Origin: Clostridiales bacterium
GTDB lineage: Bacteria; Bacillota; Clostridia; Oscillospirales; Oscillospiraceae
Assembly (NCBI GenBank): GCA_004557655.1
Contig: SFGJ01000003.1
Location: 18,421-82,420, forward strand
Length of the DNA stretch: 64,000 nt
Reading direction: 5' to 3'
A program made the translations under genes and the position numbers. The notes under the pieces were generated by a model that searched no databases, had not been told where the DNA came from, and worked only from the letters and a program-made list of their open reading frames with translations. Shown here in pieces: positions 18,439 to 28,679 of this stretch. Position 1 is the stretch's first letter. Every line of letters starts with the position of its first letter.

Positions 18439-20502
18439 ATGGAACTGCTTGCTCCCGCCGGGTCCCGGGAGGCGCTTCTGGCCGCCGTACAAAACGGGGC
18501 CGACGCCGTTTACATGGGACTGGGCAGCTTCAATGCCCGCCGCGGCGCCCGGAATTTTACCGACGAGGACTTTTCTCACGCCGTGGAGTACTGTCATCTC
18601 CACGGGGTCAGGGTCTATCTTACCCTCAACACCCTGCTGACGGACCGTGAGCTGCCCGAGGCAGCGGAAGCCCTCCGCAAGGCAAGCCGCTGGGGGGTAG
18701 ACGCGGTGCTGGTACAGGATTGGGGGCTATGGCAGCTTGCAAGGCTTGTGGCTCCTGACCAGCCCCTCCACGCCAGCACCCAGATGAGCCTGCACACCCT
18801 GTCGGGGGCAAAGCTGGCAGCAGACCTTGGCATGGAGCGGGTGGTGCTGGCCAGGGAGCTGTCCGCCCACGACACAGAGATCATCTGCCGCTCCTGTGGG
18901 GCGGAGGTGGAGGTCTTCGGCCACGGAGCCCTGTGTATGTGCTACTCGGGCCAATGCGCCATGAGCGCCATGATCGGCGGCCGCAGCGGCAACCGGGGCA
19001 CCTGTGCCCAGCCCTGCCGTCTGCCCTACCGCACGGGGAGTAAGACCGGGTATCTCCTGAGCCTGAAGGACAACAACCTCTCCCCCTATCTGCAGCAGAT
19101 GGAGGACATGGGCGTTGCGTGCGTAAAATTAGAGGGCCGCATGAAGCGGCCGGAGTATGTGGCCGCGGTGACGGGGATCTATCGCCGTCTGCTGGATGAA
19201 AAGCGTCCCCCTGACCGGGCCGAACAGTCCCAGCTCGAAAGCGCTTTTTCCCGTGCCGGGTTTACCGAGGGCTACTGGCTGGGCAAGCGAGGCCCCCAGA
19301 TGTTCGGCGTACGCCCGGAGGACGCCCGTTGGCCGGAAGATTGGTTTGCCCAGGTGCGGAAAACCTATGAGAATAACGCCGAAAATCGCCCGCTGCCTGT
19401 GTCCCTTTCCTGCCGCATAGCCTCGGGCGAGGCGGCGCGGCTCACCGCCGCATTGCGGGACGGGCGGAGCGTTACCGTGACGGGTCCCGTGCCGGAAACA
19501 GCCAGAAACCGCTCTCTCACGGAAGAAGATCTCCGCGCCCGCCTGAAAAAAACCGGCGGCACGGCTTTCGTGTGCGACCAAATTGATATTTCCCTGGAGG
19601 ATGGACTTATGCTCTCCGCCGGCAGCGTCAACGCCCTGCGGCGGGACGCGTTGGAACAGCTTCGGGCGCTCCTTGTGAAGCCACCGAAGCGGCGCACCTT
19701 CCCCACCCCGGTTTTGCCGGCGCTTGCGGAAAGCTATGACGGTGCCCCCGCCCTGACCGCGTCTGTTGCCTATGCCCATCAGTTGACACCGGAACTGGCC
19801 AGGGGCGTGGAGCTGTTGTATCTGCCCCTGCCCCTGTTGGATCAAGTGGATCTGGACGAATACACCGAATACACACGGCTGTGCGCCGTGCTGCCCCGGA
19901 TTTTCCGTACGGAGGATGAGGCGGCCTTCCGCCGGACGCTGCAAAGCCATCCTCAGCTCTCCGCCGTGTCGGTGAGCAACCTGGGCCACCTGCCCATTGT
20001 GGAGAATTTGGGGCTGGAGATCCGGGGCGATCTGGGGATGAATGTGTTCAACAGCCGCTCCCTGCTGTTTCTGCGGGAGCTGGGTCTGCAGAGCGCCACG
20101 GTGTCTGCCGAGCTGCGGCACCAGCAAATTCGCGATCTGCAAAAATATCTGCTCTGCGAGGCGGTGGTCTACGGCCGCCTGCCTTTGATGGTCACGGAAA
20201 ACTGCGTCCTGCGCTGCAGCGGCCAATGCGGGCGGGGCAGCGGCGGCACAATAACCGACCGCACCGGTGCAGAATTCCCGGTGCTGTGCAGCCACGGCTG
20301 CCGCTGTGAGATTCAAAACAGCAGAAAACTCTTTCTGGCGGACAAGCCGGAGTGGCAAAGGTGCGGCCTGCGCTGGGCCAGGCTCCGGTTCACCACGGAG
20401 TCGGCGGAGGATTGTCTGGACGCTCTGGAGCGCTATGAGGGCAAGGGCGGCGGCGCCCCCGGAGACTTTACAAGAGGTCTGTTTTACCGGGGTGTTGATT
20501 AA
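18439..20502 (+). CDS. Peptidase U32 family protein (long fused form)
   Basis: MELLAPAGS..AVQNGADAVY and E..VFGHGALC..SGQC motifs of the U32 family. Confidence 0.85.
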   Translation: MELLAPAGSREALLAAVQNGADAVYMGLGSFNARRGARNFTDEDFSHAVEYCHLHGVRVYLTLNTLLTDRELPEAAEALRKASRWGVDAVLVQDWGLWQLARLVAPDQPLHASTQMSLHTLSGAKLAADLGMERVVLARELSAHDTEIICRSCGAEVEVFGHGALCMCYSGQCAMSAMIGGRSGNRGTCAQPCRLPYRTGSKTGYLLSLKDNNLSPYLQQMEDMGVACVKLEGRMKRPEYVAAVTGIYRRLLDEKRPPDRAEQSQLESAFSRAGFTEGYWLGKRGPQMFGVRPEDARWPEDWFAQVRKTYENNAENRPLPVSLSCRIASGEAARLTAALRDGRSVTVTGPVPETARNRSLTEEDLRARLKKTGGTAFVCDQIDISLEDGLMLSAGSVNALRRDALEQLRALLVKPPKRRTFPTPVLPALAESYDGAPALTASVAYAHQLTPELARGVELLYLPLPLLDQVDLDEYTEYTRLCAVLPRIFRTEDEAAFRRTLQSHPQLSAVSVSNLGHLPIVENLGLEIRGDLGMNVFNSRSLLFLRELGLQSATVSAELRHQQIRDLQKYLLCEAVVYGRLPLMVTENCVLRCSGQCGRGSGGTITDRTGAEFPVLCSHGCRCEIQNSRKLFLADKPEWQRCGLRWARLRFTTESAEDCLDALERYEGKGGGAPGDFTRGLFYRGVD

Positions 20503-20563
20503 TCCCTGTATTATTTAAGACAAACATTACTATTTGTAATTGCATTTTGAGAGGTTGGCTCCT

Positions 20564-21013
20564 ATGGAACTGAAATTCAAAGCCCTAAATCCCATGATCG
20601 GACGGGAGATCCCCCTGCCCCAATTTGCCACCCCCGGCTCGGCGGCCATGGATCTGCGGGCCTGCATTGACCGGCCTGTGACCATACGGGCAGGAGAACG
20701 GACGGTGGTCCCCACGGGCCTTGCCATGGCTCTGCCCTCGGCGGACTATGTGGCACTGCTTTTTGCCCGGAGCGGATTGGGCATCAGGAAGGGCGTTTGC
20801 CTGTCCAACGGCGTGGGCGTCATTGACAGCGACTACCGGGGTGAGATCGGCGTGGGGCTGGTGAATCTGTCGCAGGAGGCGTACACCGTGCAGCCCGGGG
20901 ACCGCATTGCCCAGCTCATGGTGGTGCCGGTGGAGCGTCCCACGGTCAGTCTGGTGGAGGATCTGGACGACACCAGCCGCGGCAGCGGCGGCTTCGGCTC
21001 CACGGGGAGGTAA
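20564..21013 (+). CDS. dut: dUTP diphosphatase
   Basis: GSAAMDL, GVIDSDYRGEI and RIAQL motifs, with C-terminal RGSGGFGSTG. Confidence 0.93.
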   Translation: MELKFKALNPMIGREIPLPQFATPGSAAMDLRACIDRPVTIRAGERTVVPTGLAMALPSADYVALLFARSGLGIRKGVCLSNGVGVIDSDYRGEIGVGLVNLSQEAYTVQPGDRIAQLMVVPVERPTVSLVEDLDDTSRGSGGFGSTGR

Positions 21014-21018
21014 GGATC

Positions 21019-21597
21019 ATGGCGAAGATCGTATTGGCCTCCGGCTCTCCCCGGCGGCAGGAGCTGCTGGTTCGCATGGGTATTTCGGACTTTGACATCC
21101 GGGTGCCGGAGGTGGAGGAACGCTATCCGGAGGGCCTTTCCCCGGAGGAAACGGTTTGCTACATCTCCCGGGAAAAATCCGACGCCGCCAGGCTTTTGTG
21201 CGGCCCGGATGAGATCATCATTACCGCCGACACCATGGTTTTTCTGGATGAAAAGCGGCTTGGCAAGCCAAAAAATGAGGAAGAGGCACTGGCGATGCTG
21301 ACGGCTCTGGCCGGGCGGCAGCACACGGTCTGCACCGGCGTCACCGTACGGCAGGGGGAAAAGGTCCTCACCGCCGCCGAGCACACGGATGTGTATTTCC
21401 ACCCGGCCACGGAAAGCCAGCTCCGCGCCTATATCCGCACCGGCGAGCCTATGGACAAAGCCGGGGCCTACGGCGTACAGGGCAAGGGCGCTCTGCTGGT
21501 GGAGCGGATCGACGGAGATTTCTTCAATGTCATGGGTCTGCCCGTTTCCCTTCTGTCAGATCTCCTAAAACCTTTTGGCATCAACCTTTTGGAGTAA
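21019..21597 (+). CDS. maf: Maf-like nucleoside triphosphate pyrophosphatase
   Basis: IVLASGSPRRQELL N-terminus and YGVQG motif. Confidence 0.9.
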   Translation: MAKIVLASGSPRRQELLVRMGISDFDIRVPEVEERYPEGLSPEETVCYISREKSDAARLLCGPDEIIITADTMVFLDEKRLGKPKNEEEALAMLTALAGRQHTVCTGVTVRQGEKVLTAAEHTDVYFHPATESQLRAYIRTGEPMDKAGAYGVQGKGALLVERIDGDFFNVMGLPVSLLSDLLKPFGINLLE

Positions 21598-21601
21598 GCT
21601 T

Positions 21602-22435
21602 ATGAAGAATTTTTTTAACAAAACCGGCATATGGATCCTGGCCGCGGCCGTGGTGATCGTGGTGACCCTGTCCATCCTGTCCGCCACCGGTACGGGAATT
21701 ATCAACAATATCGCCGGTGCCATCGCCTCACCCTTCCGCTCCGCCGGAACTGCCATCGGAAACTGGTTCGGATCCATTGCCGATAAGTTTGACGATGTAG
21801 AAGCTCTGCAAAAGGAGAACGAGGAACTGCGCAAGCGTGTTGCCCAGTTGGAGGATGCCAACCGGCAGGCCGTCACCGACAGTCAGGAAAACCAGCGATT
21901 GCGCAGCCTCCTGAATCTGCGGCAGCAGCGGCGTGATTTTACCTTTGAGAGTGCCAAGGTCACCCAGTATGAAAACTCCAACTGGGCCTCTACCCTCACC
22001 CTGAACCGGGGCACAAGCTGCGGTGTGGCGGTGAACAACTGCGTGGTGAATGAGACCGGCGCTCTGGTGGGTGTGGTAACGGAGGTGGGCCTCAACTGGT
22101 GCACCGTGGCCACCGTGCTGGACACGCAGGCCCAGTTTGGCGTCACGGTGTTCCGCACTGGTGAGGCCGCCGTTGCCATGGGTGATCTCTCCCTCATGCA
22201 CCAGGGCAAAGTGAAGCTCAACTACCTCTCCGGCACCAATCCCCCTGCAGGCGGCGATCTGGTGCTGACCTCAGGCCTGGGCGGGTACTATCCCTCCGGT
22301 CTGGTCATCGGTACCGTGGAGGATGTGCGCACCGACGACTCGGGTCTGACCCAGTACGCCGTGCTGCAGCCTAATGTGACACCGGCTGAGCTGGTTGAGG
22401 TGTTCATTATCACCTCCTTCGACATCGTGGATTGA
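21602..22435 (+). CDS. mreC: Rod shape-determining protein MreC
   Basis: N-terminal TM helix, coiled coil (LQKENEELRKRVAQLE), C-terminal beta domain; precedes mreD. Confidence 0.85.
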   Translation: MKNFFNKTGIWILAAAVVIVVTLSILSATGTGIINNIAGAIASPFRSAGTAIGNWFGSIADKFDDVEALQKENEELRKRVAQLEDANRQAVTDSQENQRLRSLLNLRQQRRDFTFESAKVTQYENSNWASTLTLNRGTSCGVAVNNCVVNETGALVGVVTEVGLNWCTVATVLDTQAQFGVTVFRTGEAAVAMGDLSLMHQGKVKLNYLSGTNPPAGGDLVLTSGLGGYYPSGLVIGTVEDVRTDDSGLTQYAVLQPNVTPAELVEVFIITSFDIVD

Positions 22436-22445
22436 GAGGTGACTC

Positions 22446-22949
22446 TTGCAACATCGTGACTATGTTTTCAAGTGGCTGTTCTACTCGTTAACGGTGCTGG
22501 CCTTTGTGCTGCTGCAGGTCTTCGTGCTGGTACACGTCCGCCTCTGGGGCATACACCCCTTTGTGTTTCCCGCCCTGGTGGCCACCATCGCCGCGCTGGA
22601 ATCCCCCCACGACAGCGCAGTATTTGTGCTGGCCTTCGGCCTGGTACTGGACATCACCATGCCGGGGGAGATCCCCTGCTTTTACACCGTGGCGTTTATC
22701 GTGGTGTTTATCGTATCCCGACTGCTGTCGGCCAAGGTGCTGGTAAGGCCTTTTTTCTGCTGCATGCTTTGCGGCATTCTGAGCATTGTGTGCACCGACC
22801 TGCTGCACATGCTGTTTCTCAACGCTTTCGTCAGCTTCTCTTTCCGATCCGCCCTGCTGCTCATGGGAAAGGAGCTGCTGCTGACAACTCCGCTGCTGCC
22901 GCTCCTCTTCCTGCCGGCCTATAAGATCCGCAGGATCTTCCATCAGTAG
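22446..22949 (+). CDS. mreD: Rod shape-determining protein MreD
   Basis: 167-aa polytopic membrane protein directly after mreC; TTG start. Confidence 0.7.
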   Translation: MQHRDYVFKWLFYSLTVLAFVLLQVFVLVHVRLWGIHPFVFPALVATIAALESPHDSAVFVLAFGLVLDITMPGEIPCFYTVAFIVVFIVSRLLSAKVLVRPFFCCMLCGILSIVCTDLLHMLFLNAFVSFSFRSALLLMGKELLLTTPLLPLLFLPAYKIRRIFHQ

Positions 22950-22990
22950 TGAGTGTTTCTTACCCCTTTCGGAAAGGAGGCTATCCCATC

Positions 22991-25021
22991 TTGAAAAAAA
23001 CCGATCCCTACCGCCGCAGGCTCATTGTCCTGCTGAGTTTTCTGGCTGCTGTGCTGGTGTTTTTCGGCATGGTAATGTTCCACTATCAAATTGTCAACGG
23101 CGACAGCTACCGGGCCAAGTCCGTGGCGGGCACCGCCAAACGGGAGATAGTGGAGACCAGCCGGGGCATCATCACCGACCGCAACGGCAAGGTGCTGGTG
23201 TCCAACCGCCTGAGCTATACCCTAAAATTCTCCGACAGCAGCTTCGGCGGTGATCAGGACGCCTGCAACAGTGCCGCGTGGCGGCTCATTGATCTGTGCC
23301 AACAAGAAAAAATCCAGTGGATCGATCCTCTGCCTCTGGCCGCCGATGCCCCCTTCACCCTCACCACCGACACGCCCGGGGAGACCTTCGTCACTTGGCT
23401 GAAGAATGAGGATATTCCCTATACCGGGGGAGACTCCGTCACTCTGTCCGTCAGCGGCGGTGAGCTGATGGATACGCTGCGCTCTATTTATAGCATTTCC
23501 GACGAATTCACCGATGCCCAGGCCCGTCTCATCGCCGGGGTGCGTTACGGTGTCTCCATGTCGGACGGCTATGTATTTGCCGAGGATGTCCCCGTGCGGG
23601 TCATCAGCCAGGTGGTGGACGGGCACTATGCCGGCGTTTCCACCGGCACCTCCTCTCAGCGGGTGTATAACACCACCTATGCCTCCCACATACTGGGTCG
23701 GGTGAACCGCATTTTTGCGGAGGACTGGGACAAATACAAGGATAAGGGATATTCCATGGACGCTCTGGTGGGTAAGGGCGGCGTGGAGGAGGCCTTTGAG
23801 GAGTATCTCCACGGCACAAACGGCGTGAAGCTGGTGACAACCGACAAAAACGGAAAGGTAACCGGCGAGCTGTACGCCAAGGAGCCGAAGCCCGGTAATA
23901 CCGTGGCACTGACCATAGACCTGGATTTGCAGAAAGCCGCCGAGGATTCTCTGGCCGGCATGATCCAGTCCATGACCAAAAGCGACGGCGTGAGCCGCGG
24001 CGGTGCGGCGGCGGTAGTGGGTGTGGGCACCGGCGAAGTGCTGGCTCTGGCCTCCTACCCCACCTACGACCTGAGCAAATTCAACGAAATGTACGAAACA
24101 TGGACGAAGGACCCTTCCCTGCCCATGTTCAACCGCGCCACCGACGGCGTTTATGCCCCTGGCTCCACCTTCAAGCTATGCACTTCCGTGGCAGCTTTGG
24201 AGTCCGGCATCGTCACTCCCTCCACCACCATCGTGGACCGGGGCATTTACACCTATTACGAATTTCCCCAGCCCCGATGCTGGATCTATAGCTCCTACGG
24301 CGGCACCCACGGCGCTGTGAATGTGTCTCAGGCCATTACCGTGTCGTGCAACTACTTCTTCTACGAGGTGGGTCGGCTGACCGGTATTCACCGGCTGGAC
24401 GACTACGCCATGCAGTTCGGGCTGGGCAAGCACACGGGCATTGAGATCGGCGACTCCGCAGGTGTGCTGGCAAGCCCCGAATACGCCGAGGAGATCGGCG
24501 AAACCTGGACCGACGGCCAGACCATCACCGCCGCCATCGGCCAGTCCTATAACCTGTTCACCCCCCTGCAGATGGCCAACTATGTGGCAACTCTGGTGGG
24601 CGGCGGCGACCACTACGAGGCACATCTGCTGAAAAGCGCAAAATCCTTTGACAATTCCTCCGTGGTGTACGCCTACAACAAAGCCCCGCTGAACCACGTG
24701 GAAATGGCGGACAGCACCATTAACGCCGTGAAAACCGGCGCACGGGGTCTGGCCACCGGCTCCCTGAGCTATATTTTCAAGGACTGTGTGGTGCCCGTGG
24801 GCTGTAAGACCGGTACGGCGGAAACCAGCACCGCGCTGGCCAACAGCTGCTTCGTCGCCTTCGCCCCCTACGACGATCCGCAGATCGCCGTGTGCGTGGT
24901 GGTGGAACAGGGCGACGGCGGCGCATATCTCGCTCCCGTGGCCCGGGACATCATCAACGCCTATTTCTCCAACGCCTCCACCGCCGACACCATTCTCGGC
25001 GAAAACACCCTGCTGCAGTGA
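22991..25021 (+). CDS. mrdA: Penicillin-binding protein 2 (class B transpeptidase)
   Basis: N-terminal TM helix and PBP dimerisation region; STFK, SCN and KTGTA motifs. TTG 22991 behind AAGGAGG preferred over GTG 22949. Confidence 0.88.
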   Translation: MKKTDPYRRRLIVLLSFLAAVLVFFGMVMFHYQIVNGDSYRAKSVAGTAKREIVETSRGIITDRNGKVLVSNRLSYTLKFSDSSFGGDQDACNSAAWRLIDLCQQEKIQWIDPLPLAADAPFTLTTDTPGETFVTWLKNEDIPYTGGDSVTLSVSGGELMDTLRSIYSISDEFTDAQARLIAGVRYGVSMSDGYVFAEDVPVRVISQVVDGHYAGVSTGTSSQRVYNTTYASHILGRVNRIFAEDWDKYKDKGYSMDALVGKGGVEEAFEEYLHGTNGVKLVTTDKNGKVTGELYAKEPKPGNTVALTIDLDLQKAAEDSLAGMIQSMTKSDGVSRGGAAAVVGVGTGEVLALASYPTYDLSKFNEMYETWTKDPSLPMFNRATDGVYAPGSTFKLCTSVAALESGIVTPSTTIVDRGIYTYYEFPQPRCWIYSSYGGTHGAVNVSQAITVSCNYFFYEVGRLTGIHRLDDYAMQFGLGKHTGIEIGDSAGVLASPEYAEEIGETWTDGQTITAAIGQSYNLFTPLQMANYVATLVGGGDHYEAHLLKSAKSFDNSSVVYAYNKAPLNHVEMADSTINAVKTGARGLATGSLSYIFKDCVVPVGCKTGTAETSTALANSCFVAFAPYDDPQIAVCVVVEQGDGGAYLAPVARDIINAYFSNASTADTILGENTLLQ

Positions 25022-25033
25022 GGAGCAAGTTTT

Positions 25034-26854
25034 ATGTCAACCTATTTCGATTCCAGAGATCCTGCCTGTAAATCTCCCTTCGGTGCCGTTTCCTGCGGCA
25101 CCGAAGTATCTTTTGCCGTGTTCTGCTCGCCGGAGGAGGAGATCATCGGCGGCGAACTGCGGATATTCGAGGAGTTTGCGGGCAAAAACCGCACCGTGCC
25201 TCTGCATACGGACGGCGGCGCGTTTCGCTGCGTGTATACGGCTCCGAATGAGCCGGAGCTTGCGTGGTACGGCTTTTCTCTCACCCGACGGAGCGGCGGG
25301 ATCGTGGATTTGGGCGGCCGGTGGCAACTGACGGTGTACGATGGCCGGGGCCACACACCGGAGTGGTTCGGTTCCGGTGTAAGCTACCAAATTTTTCCAG
25401 ATCGCTTTTGTCGCAGCCGTATTCCCGACCCCGCCGGCATGGTGGGAGAGCGGACGGTACATGAGAACTGGCAGGACACGCCGGATTTCCTGCCGGACGA
25501 GCAGGGAGAGATCCGCAACCAGGACTTCTTCGGCGGCGATCTGCCGGGGATCACGGGAAAGCTGGACTATTTAAAAGGTCTGGGTGTGACCACCGTGTAC
25601 CTCAACCCCATTTTCGAGGCAGCGTCCAACCACCGCTACAATACCGCCGACTATCTGGCCATTGATCCCATGCTGGGAAAGGAGGAGGATTTCCAGACTC
25701 TATGCCGGGAGGCACATAAGCGGGGAATGCGGATACTGCTGGACGGAGTGTTCAACCACACCGGCAGTGTCAGCCGCTACTTCAACGCAGACGGATCCTA
25801 TCCCGATGTGGGGGCAGCCCTGTCGGCGCAGTCACCTTATTATAATTGGTATCATTTTTCCCGCTGGCCCGCGGAATACGACGCTTGGTGGGGCATCAAG
25901 ACCCTGCCGGCGGTGGAGGAAAACCACCCGGACTATCGGGAGTTTATCTTCGGCGGCAGGGATTCCGTGGTGCGGCATTGGCTCCGCTGCGGAGCTGACG
26001 GCTGGCGGCTGGATGTGGCCGACGAGCTGCCGGATGACTTTATTGCCCAGCTCCGCTGTGCCATGGAGGAGGAAAAGTCTGACGCCCTGCTCATAGGCGA
26101 GGTGTGGGAGGACGGCAGCAACAAGATCGCCTACGACAGGCGGCGGCGGTATCTGCTGGGCAGCGAGACCCATGGGCTGATGAACTATCCGTTCCGCACG
26201 GCGGCGCTTCAGTGGCTCTGCGGCGGAGATGCGTCTGACTTTCGGGAGAGCATGGAGACGCTGCGGGAGAACTATCCCCCGGACGCCTATTATAGTGCCA
26301 TGAATTTCCTCAGCACCCACGACACACCCCGGATTCTCACCCTGCTGGGCGGCGAGCCGGTGCCGGAGGATAAGCCGGGCCGCGCGGCCGCCCGCCTCTC
26401 CCCTGCAGGGTACGAGCTGGCCCGCAGGCGGCTGATGGTGGGAGCGATGCTTCTGTACGCCTTCCCCGGCTCCCCCACGGTGTACTATGGGGACGAAGCC
26501 GGGGTGCAGGGCTACGAGGATCCGCTGAATCGCCGCACCTATCCCTGGGGGCAGGAGGACGAGCGCCTGCTGGCTTGGTATCGGAAACTGGGCGCCCTGC
26601 GGTGCAGCCGCCCCTCCCTGCAGCAGGGCGGCATCAGCTATCCCCTGGCCGCAGGCGGCGGCCTGGCTGTGCGGCGGTGCTGCGGCAGCGAAGTGACCGT
26701 GGCGGTGATGAACGCCGGGGCGGAGTCCCTGGAGGTACGCCTTCCCTGGTCGGGAACCATTGCCACAGACGCCATGACCGGACAGCAGTTTCTGACTGAG
26801 GGCGGTGTTCTGCGGCTGTCTCTGCCGGGGATCAGCGGCGTTTTGCTGATATAA
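25034..26854 (+). CDS. Glycoside hydrolase family 13 (alpha-amylase/neopullulanase-like)
   Basis: GH13 conserved regions DGVFNHTG, GWRLDVADEL, GEVWED and FLSTHD. Confidence 0.88.
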   Translation: MSTYFDSRDPACKSPFGAVSCGTEVSFAVFCSPEEEIIGGELRIFEEFAGKNRTVPLHTDGGAFRCVYTAPNEPELAWYGFSLTRRSGGIVDLGGRWQLTVYDGRGHTPEWFGSGVSYQIFPDRFCRSRIPDPAGMVGERTVHENWQDTPDFLPDEQGEIRNQDFFGGDLPGITGKLDYLKGLGVTTVYLNPIFEAASNHRYNTADYLAIDPMLGKEEDFQTLCREAHKRGMRILLDGVFNHTGSVSRYFNADGSYPDVGAALSAQSPYYNWYHFSRWPAEYDAWWGIKTLPAVEENHPDYREFIFGGRDSVVRHWLRCGADGWRLDVADELPDDFIAQLRCAMEEEKSDALLIGEVWEDGSNKIAYDRRRRYLLGSETHGLMNYPFRTAALQWLCGGDASDFRESMETLRENYPPDAYYSAMNFLSTHDTPRILTLLGGEPVPEDKPGRAAARLSPAGYELARRRLMVGAMLLYAFPGSPTVYYGDEAGVQGYEDPLNRRTYPWGQEDERLLAWYRKLGALRCSRPSLQQGGISYPLAAGGGLAVRRCCGSEVTVAVMNAGAESLEVRLPWSGTIATDAMTGQQFLTEGGVLRLSLPGISGVLLI

Positions 26855-26866
26855 CGCACACAGGGA

Positions 26867-26882
26867 TGTTTCATGTGAAACA
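26867..26882. other. parS centromere-like site 1 (TGTTTCATGTGAAACA)
   Basis: 15/16 match to Firmicute parS TGTTNCACGTGAAACA; forms the core of the GH13 terminator hairpin GGGATGTTTCATGTGAAACATCCC plus T-run. Confidence 0.8.
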
Positions 26883-26912
26883 TCCCTGTTTTTATGACTT
26901 CTTTTGACAGAC

Positions 26913-26928
26913 TGTTTCACATGAAACA
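26913..26928. other. parS centromere-like site 2 (TGTTTCACATGAAACA)
   Basis: Exact reverse complement of site 1; about 32 bp upstream of the putative soj -35. Confidence 0.8.
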
Positions 26929-26959
26929 GCTTGTTTTAAACATTTTTGTGTTTTTTCTA

Positions 26960-26989
26960 TTGAAAGAAACCTCCGTCTTGGTATATAAT
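26960..26989 (+). promoter_or_regulatory. Putative sigma-A promoter of soj-spo0J
   Basis: TTGAAA-18 nt-TATAAT, about 40 nt upstream of soj. Confidence 0.45.
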
Positions 26990-27027
26990 ATTGGGTATGA
27001 AAGAATTATGGAGGAGCGAGTGGGTAA

Positions 27028-27798
27028 ATGGCTAAAGTTGTTGCGATCGTGAATCAAAAGGGCGGCGTGGGCAAAACCACCACCTGCGTAAATCTGGCCG
27101 CCATACTGCGGGCCAAGGGGCTGCGGGTACTGCTGTGCGACTTCGATCCTCAAGCCAACGCCACCTCCGGCATGGGCGTGGACAAGACCCGCTCCAACGG
27201 CGTGTACGATGTGCTCATTAACGGCATGGAGACGGAGAAGACCATTGTCGCCACCCCCTATGGCGATGTACTGCCCAGCAGCAAGGCTTTGGCCGGCGCC
27301 GGCGTGGAGATGATCGACCTGCCTGACCGGCAGTTCCTGCTGAAAAAAGCGTTGGAACAGGTGCGGGAGCTGTATGACTACATATTTATCGACTGCCCGC
27401 CGTCCCTGGAGCTGCTGACTCTCAACGCCCTGTGCGCCGCCGACAGCTTGCTGGTGCCGCTGCAGGGGGAATACTATGCGCTTGAAGGCTTGAGCGACCT
27501 CATGGGCACCGTGCGCATTGTGCGCCGCGGACTCAATCCCAAGCTGGAGATTGAGGGCGTGCTGCTGACCATGTTTGACGGACGCACCAATCTGGCCATT
27601 CAGGTGGCCCAGGAGATCAAGCGGTTCTTCCCCGGCAAGGTGTACAGCACCGTCATCCCCCGGAACATTCGTCTTTCCGAGGCCCCCAGCCACGGAAAAC
27701 CCATCAACGCATACGACCGCACCTGCCGGGGAACAGAGGCATACAGCGCCGTGGCGGAAGAATTTCTGCGGAAGAACAGTGCAGAAAAGGAGGACTGA
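27028..27798 (+). CDS. soj: Chromosome partitioning ATPase ParA/Soj
   Basis: Deviant Walker A NQKGGVGKTTT, 256 aa, directly upstream of spo0J. Confidence 0.93.
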   Translation: MAKVVAIVNQKGGVGKTTTCVNLAAILRAKGLRVLLCDFDPQANATSGMGVDKTRSNGVYDVLINGMETEKTIVATPYGDVLPSSKALAGAGVEMIDLPDRQFLLKKALEQVRELYDYIFIDCPPSLELLTLNALCAADSLLVPLQGEYYALEGLSDLMGTVRIVRRGLNPKLEIEGVLLTMFDGRTNLAIQVAQEIKRFFPGKVYSTVIPRNIRLSEAPSHGKPINAYDRTCRGTEAYSAVAEEFLRKNSAEKED

Positions 27799-27804
27799 TT
27801 TCCT

Positions 27805-28677
27805 ATGGCAAGTAACGCAAAAGGCTTGGGCAAGGGTCTGGCCGCCCTGCTGGGCGACAACATGATGGACAATCAGGAGGAGAAGGCCAGTCTCTACCTC
27901 CCCATCTCCCAGGTGGAGAGCTGCGCCGGACAACCCCGCAAGCAGTTTGATCCCGATGCCCTGGCGGACCTGGCGGACTCTATCCGCGAGCATGGCATCA
28001 TCCAGCCTCTGACGGTGCGCAAGCTCCAGTCGGGCTATTATCAGATCATCGCCGGTGAGCGGCGCTGGCGGGCCGCCCGGATGGCGGGTCTGGACCAGGT
28101 TCCCGCCATTGTGGTGGAGGCCGACGACCGCAAGGCTATGGAGCTGGCTATGATCGAGAACCTGCAGCGGGAGGACTTAAACCCCATGGAGGAGGCCGAG
28201 GGCTACCGGCAGCTCATGGAGCAGTACAACCTCACCCAGGAGGAGACCGCCCAGCGTGTGGGCAAGTCCCGCTCCGCAGTGGCCAACGCCCTGCGGCTTT
28301 TAAACCTGTGCCCAAGCGTACGGGCCATGGTGGAAGACGGGCGGCTCACAAGCGGCCACGCCCGGACCATCCTCCCCCTGTCCCCCGCCCTGCAGAAAAA
28401 GGCGGCGGACGCCGTTTTGAAATCCGACCTCTCCGTGCGGCAGACAGAGCTGCTGGTGAAGAAACTCACCGCTGAGGTAAAGGAAACGCCCGCCGTTACC
28501 ACCGGTGGGCTGGAGGTCAATTACGCCGAGGAAGCCGCCAAGGCTCTGTGTGCGCATCTGGGCCGGGGCTGCAAAATTATCAGCGGCCGCAAAAAGGGGC
28601 GCATCGAGCTGGAATACTACGGGGTAGACGACCTGAACAACCTGCTGGACGCCTTGAATACCCTGAAACTGAAATAA
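27805..28677 (+). CDS. spo0J: Chromosome partitioning protein ParB/Spo0J
   Basis: GLGKGLAALLG N-terminus, ParB box IIAGERRWRAARMAG, HTH GKSRSAVANALRLL. Confidence 0.93.
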   Translation: MASNAKGLGKGLAALLGDNMMDNQEEKASLYLPISQVESCAGQPRKQFDPDALADLADSIREHGIIQPLTVRKLQSGYYQIIAGERRWRAARMAGLDQVPAIVVEADDRKAMELAMIENLQREDLNPMEEAEGYRQLMEQYNLTQEETAQRVGKSRSAVANALRLLNLCPSVRAMVEDGRLTSGHARTILPLSPALQKKAADAVLKSDLSVRQTELLVKKLTAEVKETPAVTTGGLEVNYAEEAAKALCAHLGRGCKIISGRKKGRIELEYYGVDDLNNLLDALNTLKLK

Positions 28678-28679
28678 AT

